A DNA stretch of 64,000 nt from Oceanispirochaeta sp. (GCA_963663385.2 CAXXXD010000004.1:64001-128000), one strand, 5' to 3'; numbered from the stretch's first letter, positions 8,457 to 18,447 are shown. The notes: generated by a model from the letters alone, not told the origin. Made by a program: numbers and translations.

Positions 8457-10808
8457 ATGGTCCGTAATTCCTGGATATTATTTATCTTTTTTTTGATCTC
8501 TCTGTCTCTTTGGGCTCAGGAAGAGATTCTGCTTCCGGTGCCTCTCTATTTAGACGGGGTTTATTCCGGAGAGATCGATCTTAAAATAAACGGTGAAGTT
8601 CTTGTCCAGGCCCGACCCCTCTTTAAACGCCTGGCTCCTCTGCTGGATCAGGAGAAGCTGGAACACAGTCTCAACAGGTGGAGACAGGTGGAATGGACTC
8701 CCTGGGAAAATCTGAATGATTCTCTTATTTCGGTTGAGTACGATGAAGCAAGGCTTATTTTTCTTGTAGAAATACCACCGGAATCCAGAAAACCGGGAAC
8801 TTATTCCCTTGTTAGAGAGGAAATTGAGCCTCCGGGCAACCTGATCAAGCCGGCTCAGCTTTCGGGCGTTGTGAATATGGAGGGATGGAGCCGGGTTTAC
8901 TATGATCCTTATCTATTAAATTATGAAATTGGTCCGGAGCTGGGCATCAATTATTCCGGTTATACCCTGGAGGCCAAAGGGGGCATTCAGTCTGAGGGCG
9001 ACCAATATTTCCTGGATTATGGAAGAGTCGTGAAGGACTTTCTTCCTCTGTCACTCAGAGCGGAAGCGGGAAATCTGACTTATGATGCAGACGGCTTTGG
9101 TCAGACCAATATGGTAGGAATCTCCCTTTATCGGAAAACTTCACTGGATATGAATTATCTGGCAGTGCCGGAACTGGGACAAACCATCTTCTTTCCCGAA
9201 CCGGCAGAGATAGAATTTCGGGTTAATGGTAAGACTGTAAGAAGAAAGCGTGTCCCTGCTGGAGTGTGGACCTTCAGGAACTTCCCCCTGAACCAAGGGC
9301 CGAATGATGTAGAGATTGTCTGGACCGACAGTTCGGGTGAGCATCGGGAGTCCTTTTTTCAAATATACGACAGCAACCTTTTAAAGAAAGGTGAAACGGA
9401 TTGGGGGATTTCGGCAGGGACAGACAGTTGGTATACCTTGAATCCTACTTTCCTTGGGCATATCAATCGGGGACTGACTCCTGTTTTCAGCGTCGGAATC
9501 AGCAGCTATTATGATTACTTTGAAAACGAGATAGCTTTGGAAATGCCTTTTGGGTTTGCTTCACCTTACGGGAATTTTCGGCTTGTCCCTTCGGCGGATA
9601 TGATCGTGGATGAAGGATATGGATCAGGAATTGTCCTGAATCACTCTTTCTCAGAAAGCAGGGCAGGTCATCTTCGTCAGAGTTTTGGCAGTTCCTGGGG
9701 ATTCCAATGGGACTCTTATGCAGCAGAAACTCAGACATACTCCTCCCGGGTTTATTATAATTACTCACCTTTGAAAGATCTTTCTCTAACTCCGGCTGTT
9801 AACTGGCAGTATGAAGCTCTCGAAAGCTTACATACGGCTGATTTTTCTGTGCGTGTCCGAAAAAGCGGGGGTGACGGCAGTACTCTATCCATACAGATCG
9901 GGATGGAATATGTTGAGGAGAAGTGGTCACCCAAAGCGATATTGACCTATTCCATCTCATTTCCCGAGTATCAACAGAGTTTTTACACTCAGGGTGATCT
10001 GAGCGGAGAAAAGATGACCCTATCCTGGAACAGGTATAGCGAAACAGATAAACAGAAGGACTACAATCTGTCGGCATCTGCCATAATTCCCGCTGATAGA
10101 GGGGACAGATTGACCGGTTCCATGAGCGGCGGATATGTTCATCCCCGGTTTAATGCAAGTCTGTCCCAGGGATTCAACGGTTTCCTGGCGGAAGAAAATT
10201 TTGAAAATACCACAACTTTGTCAGCTGGTACGGCTCTTGTTTTTGCCGACGGGGTTCTGGGTTGGTCCAGTCCGGTTAAAAGTGAGTTCGTACTCATAGA
10301 ATCCCGGATTGGTCCTTTAGCAGTGAATCCTACCTCCATGGGAGCCAAACTTGAAATGGATGGAGAAACACCTGAGATCATCAGTACCATTTCTCCCTAC
10401 CGTTATACAACACTCAGACTTGTTCCGGAGGAAATGCCTATCGGCGCTGATATAAACGATTATACAGTAAGCATTTTCCCAACTTTCCGATCAGGAACCC
10501 TGATCCGGGTGGAAGAGAAAATCTATATGTATGCCGGTGGCGTTCTATATGATGAGAATGATCGTCCCATGGATCTGATTCTGGGCAAGATTTATCCTCT
10601 CTCTGACTCCTGGATGGGGGATGAAGAGTCTGAATGGCCCCGTGAGTTCTTTACAGATGAAACAGGATATTTTGAATGCTACGGCCTTGTCCCCGGTAAA
10701 TATCGCTTGACTCAGACGGACAGGGAGTTAACCTATATAATAGAAGTAGTAGCAAATGACAGCGGTTATGAGGATCTGGGGGAGGTAAAACCTGAAAGTC
10801 GGAATTAG
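8457..10808 (+). CDS. Outer-membrane fimbrial usher protein
   Basis: 783 aa with signal peptide. Usher motifs VPAGVWTFRNFPLNQGPNDVEIVWTDSSG and DSNLLKKGETDWGISAG, amphipathic beta-strands, and C-terminal FFTDETGYFECYGLVPGKY. Confidence 0.82.
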   Translation: MVRNSWILFIFFLISLSLWAQEEILLPVPLYLDGVYSGEIDLKINGEVLVQARPLFKRLAPLLDQEKLEHSLNRWRQVEWTPWENLNDSLISVEYDEARLIFLVEIPPESRKPGTYSLVREEIEPPGNLIKPAQLSGVVNMEGWSRVYYDPYLLNYEIGPELGINYSGYTLEAKGGIQSEGDQYFLDYGRVVKDFLPLSLRAEAGNLTYDADGFGQTNMVGISLYRKTSLDMNYLAVPELGQTIFFPEPAEIEFRVNGKTVRRKRVPAGVWTFRNFPLNQGPNDVEIVWTDSSGEHRESFFQIYDSNLLKKGETDWGISAGTDSWYTLNPTFLGHINRGLTPVFSVGISSYYDYFENEIALEMPFGFASPYGNFRLVPSADMIVDEGYGSGIVLNHSFSESRAGHLRQSFGSSWGFQWDSYAAETQTYSSRVYYNYSPLKDLSLTPAVNWQYEALESLHTADFSVRVRKSGGDGSTLSIQIGMEYVEEKWSPKAILTYSISFPEYQQSFYTQGDLSGEKMTLSWNRYSETDKQKDYNLSASAIIPADRGDRLTGSMSGGYVHPRFNASLSQGFNGFLAEENFENTTTLSAGTALVFADGVLGWSSPVKSEFVLIESRIGPLAVNPTSMGAKLEMDGETPEIISTISPYRYTTLRLVPEEMPIGADINDYTVSIFPTFRSGTLIRVEEKIYMYAGGVLYDENDRPMDLILGKIYPLSDSWMGDEESEWPREFFTDETGYFECYGLVPGKYRLTQTDRELTYIIEVVANDSGYEDLGEVKPESRN

Positions 10809-11730
10809 TATTTTAATAAGTCTTTTTTTTATCTTTCCTCTGACTGCTCAGGAGACTTTCGGTTTTTACGCCCCGCCCGGAGGTATCTATCTGAATGCTT
10901 CTTTTGAAAGAGAAGAAACAGTTATTGTTTCTGTCACAGTAGAGCATGAAGGAACGGGCATTCCGTCCTGGTTTATATCTGCTTCGGCAGGAGGTTCAGC
11001 CTCCTATACCGCAAGAGAGATGGATCAGGGAAGTTATACCGTGGAATACCAGATCTATAAAAATGCTCCGCCCGCGACGGCCGTTCTAAAAGCTCCTCCG
11101 GAAACTCTGGGAATTGACAATGTTATTTCCACAGGCGATTTTTCTACTGATGCCGCCGCGGTTGAAAGGATATCCTATGACCTTTATTTTTTTATTGATT
11201 CGGGTCAGTTTACAGCTTCCGGAGAGTACCTTGATACGATAACGATCTCTCTTTACGAGGGGGACTACGGAGACAGCGGGACCCATGTCCTGGCGGATTC
11301 CTTTGATGTGGGCGTGACTGGCCGGATGGCTGAGCTGATTGATCTTTATGCCGATAAAGAATCGGACAACCGGTCTCTGGATCTGACCAGTGACTTAACG
11401 GATAAGAGAATCGCCTATGTTAATGAACGGAGTAACTGCGCCCTGGGATACGAAGTAACGATCCGCAGCAGCAATATGGCTGCAGACGCTTCGGCTACGG
11501 CGCCCTTTATGGAACAGGATGCCGGGGCAGACAGGCTGGACTACTCTCTGGAATATGACAGTGTTCCCGTTTCCGGCTGGGTTGATGGAACCGCTTTGAT
11601 CACAGATTCTTCGGGAATCACCTCGCCGGAATGGCTCACCAAGGAACTGACCCTGTCTTATACGGGCGACACGACACTGGCCCATGGAGAGTATGAAGAT
11701 ATCCTGACTCTGATTATTACAGCAAAGTAG
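10792..11730 (+). CDS. Two-domain pilus tip subunit/adhesin (CsuE-like organisation), probable CTG start
   Basis: The frame of ORF 11020-11730 is open upstream to TAA 10786-10788. GGAGG (10781-10785) lies 6 nt before CTG 10792, giving signal peptide MKVGISILISLFFIFPLTA-QE. Two pilin end motifs (SGEYLDTITISL, HGEYEDILTLIITAK) and an SCPU-like SAGGSASYTAREM..VEYQIY. Confidence 0.75.
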   Translation: MKVGISILISLFFIFPLTAQETFGFYAPPGGIYLNASFEREETVIVSVTVEHEGTGIPSWFISASAGGSASYTAREMDQGSYTVEYQIYKNAPPATAVLKAPPETLGIDNVISTGDFSTDAAAVERISYDLYFFIDSGQFTASGEYLDTITISLYEGDYGDSGTHVLADSFDVGVTGRMAELIDLYADKESDNRSLDLTSDLTDKRIAYVNERSNCALGYEVTIRSSNMAADASATAPFMEQDAGADRLDYSLEYDSVPVSGWVDGTALITDSSGITSPEWLTKELTLSYTGDTTLAHGEYEDILTLIITAK

Positions 11731-11850
11731 GGCCTGCTGATTTTTAAGGAAGGAAGCCCGTTCTTTCTTTTCTGCTGTGATGAAACGAAAAAGAAATTAT
11801 TTATAAAACCGCAGCCGGATAAACTATAATTGAATCAGATGAGGTGATTT

Positions 11851-13326
11851 ATGGGTATTATACGTGTTCATCGGTATCCCAATCGTTTCTATCCGAACCC
11901 GAAAAGGGTTATCGCAAGGTTTTTTATAGCCGGTGGAAATGAAAGAAGTCTTCTTCTGATTCAGAAAATCCTGAAGCTCAGTGAAGATGAAGCTGCTGTC
12001 AAGCTCCAGACTGTTCTTGATAACTATGCCAACAGGCATCGGAACATTACCGATGTCTTTCAGCGCCATTTTTCCAATATTGTCCATTTTCTTGATGATT
12101 TGGGGATCGATCCGGAAAGCCTGAGCTATAAAAGGAAAATGCTGATAGGAGCATATTTTACCCATGAATACTCCATTGAATCGGCTGCCTTCTTTAACCC
12201 GTCAGTGATTGAATCTCCCAATCAGGATCATTTGGAAGACGGAGAAAAGAGGATTATTGTCAGCTTTCGGGCAACGGGGGAAGGTCATGTGTCTTCCATC
12301 GTATTCAGAAGCGGTATCATTGACCGCAATCATAACCTGCATTTCAAACCGGTCAATAATCTTGTAGAAATGCCCGAGGTGGTAAAGCGAACAGAATACA
12401 ATAAAAAGCTGTATCTGCAGAAACTTGATGAAATGAATATCCATAAAGATATCGTTGATCAGATTATGGCGCCCCTGAATGACTACTTCACCTACGGGGA
12501 TCTTCAAAGAAGCATTCGTAGTACGGTTGATAATAATACAACTCTGTCAGTTTCCAAAAAAAATGTAATCAATTCTCTGGTCTGGCTGGCGGATTCCCAT
12601 TATGAGATCCAGTTTTCCGATGATACCACTATATCCGAGAGAGTTATCTTCCCCGTTTCCGGTTCTGAAAGCAACGGGATCGAGGATGCCCGGTTCGTTC
12701 GTTTTACGGATGATGACGGGAGCGTTATCTATTACGCTCCTTTTACCGCATATAATGGGTTTACCATTCTGCCCAAGCTACTGGAAACAACGGATTTTTA
12801 TCATTTCACCACAAGGCCTCTCCATGGGAAAGGGGTTCAGAACAAGGGGCTGGCTCTGTTTCCACGGAAGATCCGGGGGCGCTATGTCATGGTGTCCCGT
12901 ATTGACGGATTCTGCAATTATATAATGTATTCAGATGATCTGCTTACCTGGAATGAGTCTGTAAAGATTCAGGAACCCGAGTACCCCTGGGAGCTGGTGC
13001 AGATCGGTAACTGCGGTTCTCCCATTGAAACCGAGAAAGGCTGGCTCCTGGTGACACACGCAGTCGGGCCAATGCGGGAGTACTGTCTGGGGATCTCTCT
13101 TCTGGATCCTGAACATCCGGAAAAAGTTATTGGAAAAGTAGAAGAGCCTATACTGATTCCCAATGATGAAGAGAGGGAGGGGTATGTTCCGAACGTTATA
13201 TACTCCTGCGGATCACTGCTTCTGGGTAATACGCTGATCATTCCCTACGGCATGTCCGACTCCGGATCAGCCTTTGCCTATTTGAAGCTGAATGAGATTC
13301 TGGAAAAACTTAAGGTAATAACATAA
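11851..13326 (+). CDS. Glycoside hydrolase family 130-like protein (long form with N-terminal extension)
   Basis: EYSIESAAFFNPS, SFRATGEGHVSSI, ESNGIEDARFVRF, KGLALFPRKI, QIGNCGSPIET, REGYVPNVIYSCG. Confidence 0.85.
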   Translation: MGIIRVHRYPNRFYPNPKRVIARFFIAGGNERSLLLIQKILKLSEDEAAVKLQTVLDNYANRHRNITDVFQRHFSNIVHFLDDLGIDPESLSYKRKMLIGAYFTHEYSIESAAFFNPSVIESPNQDHLEDGEKRIIVSFRATGEGHVSSIVFRSGIIDRNHNLHFKPVNNLVEMPEVVKRTEYNKKLYLQKLDEMNIHKDIVDQIMAPLNDYFTYGDLQRSIRSTVDNNTTLSVSKKNVINSLVWLADSHYEIQFSDDTTISERVIFPVSGSESNGIEDARFVRFTDDDGSVIYYAPFTAYNGFTILPKLLETTDFYHFTTRPLHGKGVQNKGLALFPRKIRGRYVMVSRIDGFCNYIMYSDDLLTWNESVKIQEPEYPWELVQIGNCGSPIETEKGWLLVTHAVGPMREYCLGISLLDPEHPEKVIGKVEEPILIPNDEEREGYVPNVIYSCGSLLLGNTLIIPYGMSDSGSAFAYLKLNEILEKLKVIT

Positions 13327-13374
13327 GTATTTTAGTCCTTTTGATAATTCTCCCCTGCCTAAGGAGGTGTACAC

Positions 13375-14553
13375 ATGAAGATTGCCTGTATCGGGAACTA
13401 TCCTCCCCGGGAGTGCGGTATTGCCACATTTTCCTCCAACTTTGCCAATGCGATCCTTGACTCCGATGGATGGGCTTCGGATGAATCAAACGATATGTAT
13501 ATAATTGCCATGAGTGATCCGGGCAGGCAATATGATTATCCGGATATAGTTGTTCAATCAATTCAGCAGAACGAACTGCGGGATTACCAGAAAGCAGCCG
13601 ACTATATTAATTCCTGTAATACAGACGTTTGTTTTCTTCAGCATGAGTTCGGTATATACGGCGGAAACAGAGGAGTTTATATTCTATCCCTGCTCCACCA
13701 GCTGAAGGTGCCCTTTATCCCTATTTTCCATACAGTGCTGAAAAAGCCTTCAGAAATTGAGCGGAATATCATTATGGAAATCAGCAGGAGAGCGGCCGGA
13801 ATTGTTGTTATGAACAGGCTGGCAATAGGGATCCTGAATTCCGTATACAGGATACCGGAGGAAAAAATAGCGGTTATTCCCCACGGTGTTCCTGCTTTTG
13901 ACTTTAGCCGGAATCAGTTCTATAAAAAATATTTTCATCTGGAAGGCCGTAAAATCCTGATGACTTTCGGCCTTATAAGCAGAAATAAAAGCCTCGAAAC
14001 GGTTATTAATGCATTGCCCGAGGTGGTCGGGAAACATCCCGATCTGCTGTATCTGATCGTAGGGAAAACCCATCCTGCTGTTCTTCAGTCTTCAGGAGAA
14101 GAATACAGGGAGTACCTTAAGTCTCTAATTGAAAAAAACAGACTTGATGATAATGTTGTTTTTATTAACCGATTTTTGAATACCGATGAACTCCTCGGTT
14201 ATCTGAGCGCGACGGATCTCTATGTGACTCCGTATCTGAATGAAGCGCAGATTACAAGCGGGACCCTGTCCTATGCCATAGGAGCCGGGGCTGCGGTCAT
14301 TTCAACTCCGTATCTGCATGCAAAAGAGCTGATGTCGGAAGGCCGGGGCATGCTGTTCGACTTTAATGACAGTGCGGGACTGTCAGATATCCTGACGGAT
14401 CTTCTTGACCATCCCGACAAGCTCAGGACTCTGAGGAAAAACGCCTTTGAATTCGGGAAAAAAACATCATGGCCTCAAGTGGGAAAGCAATATCTGGATC
14501 TCTCTGCAACAGTTGTAAAGAGTTCTGTCCGGACCGATATCTCTGTTATGTAG
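13375..14553 (+). CDS. Glycosyltransferase family 4 protein
   Basis: GNYPPRECGIATF, LQHEFGIYGG, TFGLISRNKSLE, VTPYLNEAQITSGTLSYA, VISTPY; RBS AAGGAGG. Confidence 0.9.
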   Translation: MKIACIGNYPPRECGIATFSSNFANAILDSDGWASDESNDMYIIAMSDPGRQYDYPDIVVQSIQQNELRDYQKAADYINSCNTDVCFLQHEFGIYGGNRGVYILSLLHQLKVPFIPIFHTVLKKPSEIERNIIMEISRRAAGIVVMNRLAIGILNSVYRIPEEKIAVIPHGVPAFDFSRNQFYKKYFHLEGRKILMTFGLISRNKSLETVINALPEVVGKHPDLLYLIVGKTHPAVLQSSGEEYREYLKSLIEKNRLDDNVVFINRFLNTDELLGYLSATDLYVTPYLNEAQITSGTLSYAIGAGAAVISTPYLHAKELMSEGRGMLFDFNDSAGLSDILTDLLDHPDKLRTLRKNAFEFGKKTSWPQVGKQYLDLSATVVKSSVRTDISVM

Positions 14554-14722
14554 CTAATCATTTCCCGGGAATATCCATCAGCAAGAGCCTTGTAAGAGTT
14601 GATAATCCAGGAAAAGCAGCTAATATAAATTACTGCGGTATGGCTGGGCTTATGAAAAGAAGATTCATCATTATTACAATGTCTCTTTTAACGGGCTGCC
14701 TTCCCAGGGAAGAAGATCTCTA

Positions 14723-15781
14723 TTATGCTCCGGGAACCCTGGACACCCTGTAAAAGGCTTCGATGGTCTCAAGGGGAACCGCTGATTCCCATGCCTGGCT
14801 GGGATAAAGAATGTACCCTCCGTTCCGGCCGAGGATATCCCGGTAGCGCTCTACTTCCCGGATGACCTCTTCTATGGTGCCGAAGGGCAGCAGGTGCTGT
14901 GTATCGATCCCGCCCACGAAACAGATCCTGTTCCCGTAGGCTGCCAGGGTTTCCGGTTCCATACCCTCAACCGGCTGGAGCGGTTCCAGCGCATCGACGC
15001 CGCATTTGATCAGTTCGGGGATAATCGGTGCCACGGCTCCGCAGGAGTGCTGCTGAAAAAAGGCCCCGTAGCTGTGGGCCAGGTCTACCAGGGCTTTAGT
15101 ATGTTCCCGGAAGTACTCCTGCCACATATCCATGCTGAACAGCAGGGAGAGCTGGGTTCCGTAATCGTCATGGGTCCGCAGAATATCGATGGCCCCGCCT
15201 CCCGCTTCGAAAATGCGGGTGTAGTGCTCCATCTCAAAGGCATGCATACGGTCGAACAGAGCTTTGCAGAAGTCCGGATTCAGAGCCATGTCCATATAGA
15301 GCTTTTCTTCGGAACGCAGTGTTGTTGCGGTCTGGAAGGGGCCCCAATGCCCGAAGATCAGCGCTTTGTCCCTGTTTGCGGCGGCTTTCTCCGCAACAGT
15401 AGAGTAATCAAAGATTTCTGCGGGATCCGGCCAGTTGAAGCGTTCCACATCTCTGTAGGAATCGGCATCGTCCAGAGGATGATGGATGATATGTTCGTTA
15501 TACTCTATGCCGTTCCAGCGAAACTCATTTATTTCGCCAAACAGACCTGTTGTGGTATAATCTCTTCCTTCTTCAGAATAAGAAGACGGGAATGAACAGA
15601 TGGGGGACGGGTCGACGTTCCGGATATCCACAGCCAGATAGTCTAAAAGTTCATTTCTGTTCCGGACCCCGACTCTGGCTTGCATTTTTTTCCAGACCCA
15701 GCCTGTCGCTTCAAAGTGGGCGGGTAAGCGGTCGGGCTGCTGTCCCGCCATGGCGGCTCTCACTCGTTCCTTGGATGTCAT
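14723..15781 (-). CDS. Uroporphyrinogen decarboxylase / MtaA-CmuA superfamily protein
   Basis: MTSKERVRAAM..QPDRLP N-terminus, DDYGTQ, QHSCGAV, GVDALEPLQP, ICFVGGIDTQHLLPFGT, GGYIL. Confidence 0.88.
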   Translation of the reverse strand: MTSKERVRAAMAGQQPDRLPAHFEATGWVWKKMQARVGVRNRNELLDYLAVDIRNVDPSPICSFPSSYSEEGRDYTTTGLFGEINEFRWNGIEYNEHIIHHPLDDADSYRDVERFNWPDPAEIFDYSTVAEKAAANRDKALIFGHWGPFQTATTLRSEEKLYMDMALNPDFCKALFDRMHAFEMEHYTRIFEAGGGAIDILRTHDDYGTQLSLLFSMDMWQEYFREHTKALVDLAHSYGAFFQQHSCGAVAPIIPELIKCGVDALEPLQPVEGMEPETLAAYGNRICFVGGIDTQHLLPFGTIEEVIREVERYRDILGRNGGYILYPSQAWESAVPLETIEAFYRVSRVPGA

Positions 15782-15867
15782 CTTTTCAATCTCCTGTGTA
15801 AACAGTTTAGGGCGGAATCGGGAGGATGGAAATTGTATAGAATCTTCATTAGTAGTAATATTTCAAT

Positions 15868-16662
15868 ATGGCAATTCCCGAAGTCACTCTCAATCTGGAT
15901 AGGAAACCGGAAATCAGCTATCTCCGCCGGAACTCTCTTCCCCCGGATTCGGAATTCCGGTACAGGATGAACGGAGTATGGGGTATGCACCTGTATGAGG
16001 GAAGCTGCCGGCTGCAGATCGGGAGACGTCATCGTCAGATATCTCCGGGAGAAATTTCCTTTACCCCGGCGGATCAGCCGTCTCTCTACCGGACCGGGAG
16101 AACCCTGAACTATTCCTGTGTGCATATCAGAACAACCGGGGACCGGGAACCCCACCGCTTTCCCCTGTTTCTCTCAGCAGGAGCTCAGACGGATGAAATC
16201 CGGGACAGTATGGATCGGGCCATCGGTCTGTTTCTCCCTCACCCGGCCAGAGCAGTTTTGAAAATATGGGATATCCTCTGGATGATATACGAGGCTCTGC
16301 CCTATTGGGACAGACGGGATGACGGATTCTGCGGAGCCGTAGAGAAGGCCGAGTCCTATATGGCCGCCTCCCTTCGGACAATCAGCTATCCCCGGCAGGT
16401 GGCCGATCATCTCGGATTGAGCCTCAATCATCTGAACCGTCTTTTTCATATGGAAAAAGATATGACAGTCGGGCAGTTTCTCCTGCAGATGAAGATGGCC
16501 CAGGTGCGAAACCAGCTGGAGAGGACGGACAAGCCTGTTAAACTGATTGCGTATGAGGTCGGGATATCGGATTTGCAGTATTTCAATAAACTCTGCCACA
16601 GGTACCTCGGCAGTTCACCGAGGAGCTTCAAGGGGACCGTAACCGGCAGTCAGGGAAGATGA
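15868..16662 (+). CDS. AraC-family transcriptional regulator
   Basis: C-terminal double HTH (VADHLGLSLNHLNRLF ... IAYEVGISDLQYFNKLCHRYLGSSPR); divergent from the URO-D-like gene. Confidence 0.88.
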   Translation: MAIPEVTLNLDRKPEISYLRRNSLPPDSEFRYRMNGVWGMHLYEGSCRLQIGRRHRQISPGEISFTPADQPSLYRTGRTLNYSCVHIRTTGDREPHRFPLFLSAGAQTDEIRDSMDRAIGLFLPHPARAVLKIWDILWMIYEALPYWDRRDDGFCGAVEKAESYMAASLRTISYPRQVADHLGLSLNHLNRLFHMEKDMTVGQFLLQMKMAQVRNQLERTDKPVKLIAYEVGISDLQYFNKLCHRYLGSSPRSFKGTVTGSQGR

Positions 16663-16820
16663 TCTCTCGAGGGGAAACCCGCTTTTCCCTTTGCTGGCCC
16701 AATGCTGGAATTGTACATATATAAGCCGGATATATCCATATATTTATCATGTAAAGCCTGTAATATACATACTATAGTAAATCTGGTGAAACGCCGGATT
16801 GTATAAACCAGGAGGGTATT

Positions 16821-18401
16821 ATGAAGCAGGAAGCCAAGGTGAAAATATGGAAAAAACGCAAATTCGGTATGTTCATCCACTACGGACTTTATTCGATTCC
16901 AGGGGGTGTCTGGAAGGGTGAGCCGGTGACTCACGGTTACAGTGAGCAGATTTACTCCCACGGGCCCGTTGATCCTTCGGAGTATGAGGCTCTGACAAAG
17001 GAGTTTACAGCTTCGGAATTCAATCCCGGTGAAATTGTAGCCCTCGCGAAAGAAGCGGGGATGACCTATATCGTCATAGGTACCAAGCATCATGACGGGT
17101 TCTGCCTGTTCAGGACAGATACAACAGACTACAACAGCTGTAAGGCTGCGGCAGGACGGGATCTGATCGGGGAACTGGCTGCCGCGTGCCGGGAGGCGGA
17201 GCTCGGATTCGGACTGTATTTCTCCTGGATTGACTGGAACCATCCTTCAGCCCTCCCTGTATCCGATCATAATTCCGATGCGATCCCTGAAGCGCATATG
17301 GAGCTCAACAGACGGCAGGTTACGGAACTTTGTTCGAATTACGGTCCTATCTGTGAAATCTGGTTCGATATGGGAGCTCCTTCTGAAGAACAGAGCCGGG
17401 AAATGGCGTCGCTGGTGCGTCGTCTTCAGCCCGGGGCCATGATCAACGGAAGAATCTGGAACGGTCAGGAGGACTTTCTTGTTATGGGAGACAATGAAAT
17501 CCCTTCTTTCGGAATGAACTGCCCCTGGCAGACTCCCGCTTCCATCTATCACGAGACCTGGGGGTACAGAAGCTGGCAGATCCGGGATGATCTGGAGGGG
17601 AAGATCCGGGAGCAGATTCGAAATCTTGCCAGAATCAGCGCCAGGGGGGGGAATTTCCTGCTCAACATCGGACCGAAAGGGGACGGATCGATCGTTTCCT
17701 TTGAAGCGGATGTCCTAAAGGGAATCGGGCGATGGATCGGGGTACACAGGGACGCTGTTTTTTCGGTGGAACCCAGTCCCTGGGATATCTTTTCCTGGGG
17801 AGAGTGTACCCGCAGGGAGAAGACCCTGTTCGCTTTTCTGTTTTCCCCCCCCGCTGACAGGAAGATCCTTCTTCCCTGTCTGGAAACCTGTCCTGTCCGG
17901 ATAACCCTTATGGGCTACGGAGATCTTGTCGAATGGCAGCTGGATAAGGAGGGCCTTGTTATGTATCTCCCTGCTGGCGCCGGTGACGGGCCTCTTGATG
18001 TTGTGAAACTGGAATTCCCGAAAGAACCGGTTATCCGGAACGCTGCGGTTCCCCTGCCCGACAGGGGACTTCTTCCTCCGGGGCGACAAAGCCGCTCGTA
18101 TTACGGAAAGGAGTACTACTCCTACCGCTCTTTCATCAGCAGCGAGAATCTGCGGCTGGAAAACCGGAAGGACGGCGACGTCGAGTTCTATTGGGAGCTT
18201 CAGGAGCCGGCGGCGGAGGATCTGGAGCTGTCCCTGGACTGCGGCGGGCAGGTCGGGTTGTTCTCGATCTCCGCCGGAGAAACCACAGGGCCGGCTTTCC
18301 TCATCAGCGACTGGACAGCGGACGAAGAGAGGGATACGGTTCTGTCTATCCGTAAAGGATCAGGCATCCCGGAAGGTCTCCGGCTTGGAGTTCGCCGATA
18401 A
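16821..18401 (+). CDS. Alpha-L-fucosidase (GH29)
   Basis: KFGMFIHYGLYS, TKHHDGFCLF, IWFDMG (nucleophile region), GGNFLLNIGPKGDG. Confidence 0.92.
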   Translation: MKQEAKVKIWKKRKFGMFIHYGLYSIPGGVWKGEPVTHGYSEQIYSHGPVDPSEYEALTKEFTASEFNPGEIVALAKEAGMTYIVIGTKHHDGFCLFRTDTTDYNSCKAAAGRDLIGELAAACREAELGFGLYFSWIDWNHPSALPVSDHNSDAIPEAHMELNRRQVTELCSNYGPICEIWFDMGAPSEEQSREMASLVRRLQPGAMINGRIWNGQEDFLVMGDNEIPSFGMNCPWQTPASIYHETWGYRSWQIRDDLEGKIREQIRNLARISARGGNFLLNIGPKGDGSIVSFEADVLKGIGRWIGVHRDAVFSVEPSPWDIFSWGECTRREKTLFAFLFSPPADRKILLPCLETCPVRITLMGYGDLVEWQLDKEGLVMYLPAGAGDGPLDVVKLEFPKEPVIRNAAVPLPDRGLLPPGRQSRSYYGKEYYSYRSFISSENLRLENRKDGDVEFYWELQEPAAEDLELSLDCGGQVGLFSISAGETTGPAFLISDWTADEERDTVLSIRKGSGIPEGLRLGVRR

Positions 18402-18409
18402 TACCCGTG

Positions 18410-18447
18410 TACAGGGGGCCTCTTCCATATCAGAGAGGCCTCCTGTA
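18410..18447 (+). terminator. Stem-loop after GH29 gene (probable intrinsic terminator)
   Basis: TACAGGGGGCCTCT ... AGAGGCCTCCTGTA inverted repeat followed by GGTGTTTG. Confidence 0.6.

Noticed and set aside
14894..15595. 233-aa plus-strand ORF
   Set aside because: It is antisense to the well-supported URO-D-like gene.
14723..15781. Calling this gene hemE
   Set aside because: It lacks the HemE N-terminal W-x-MRQAGR motif, and no tetrapyrrole genes are nearby.
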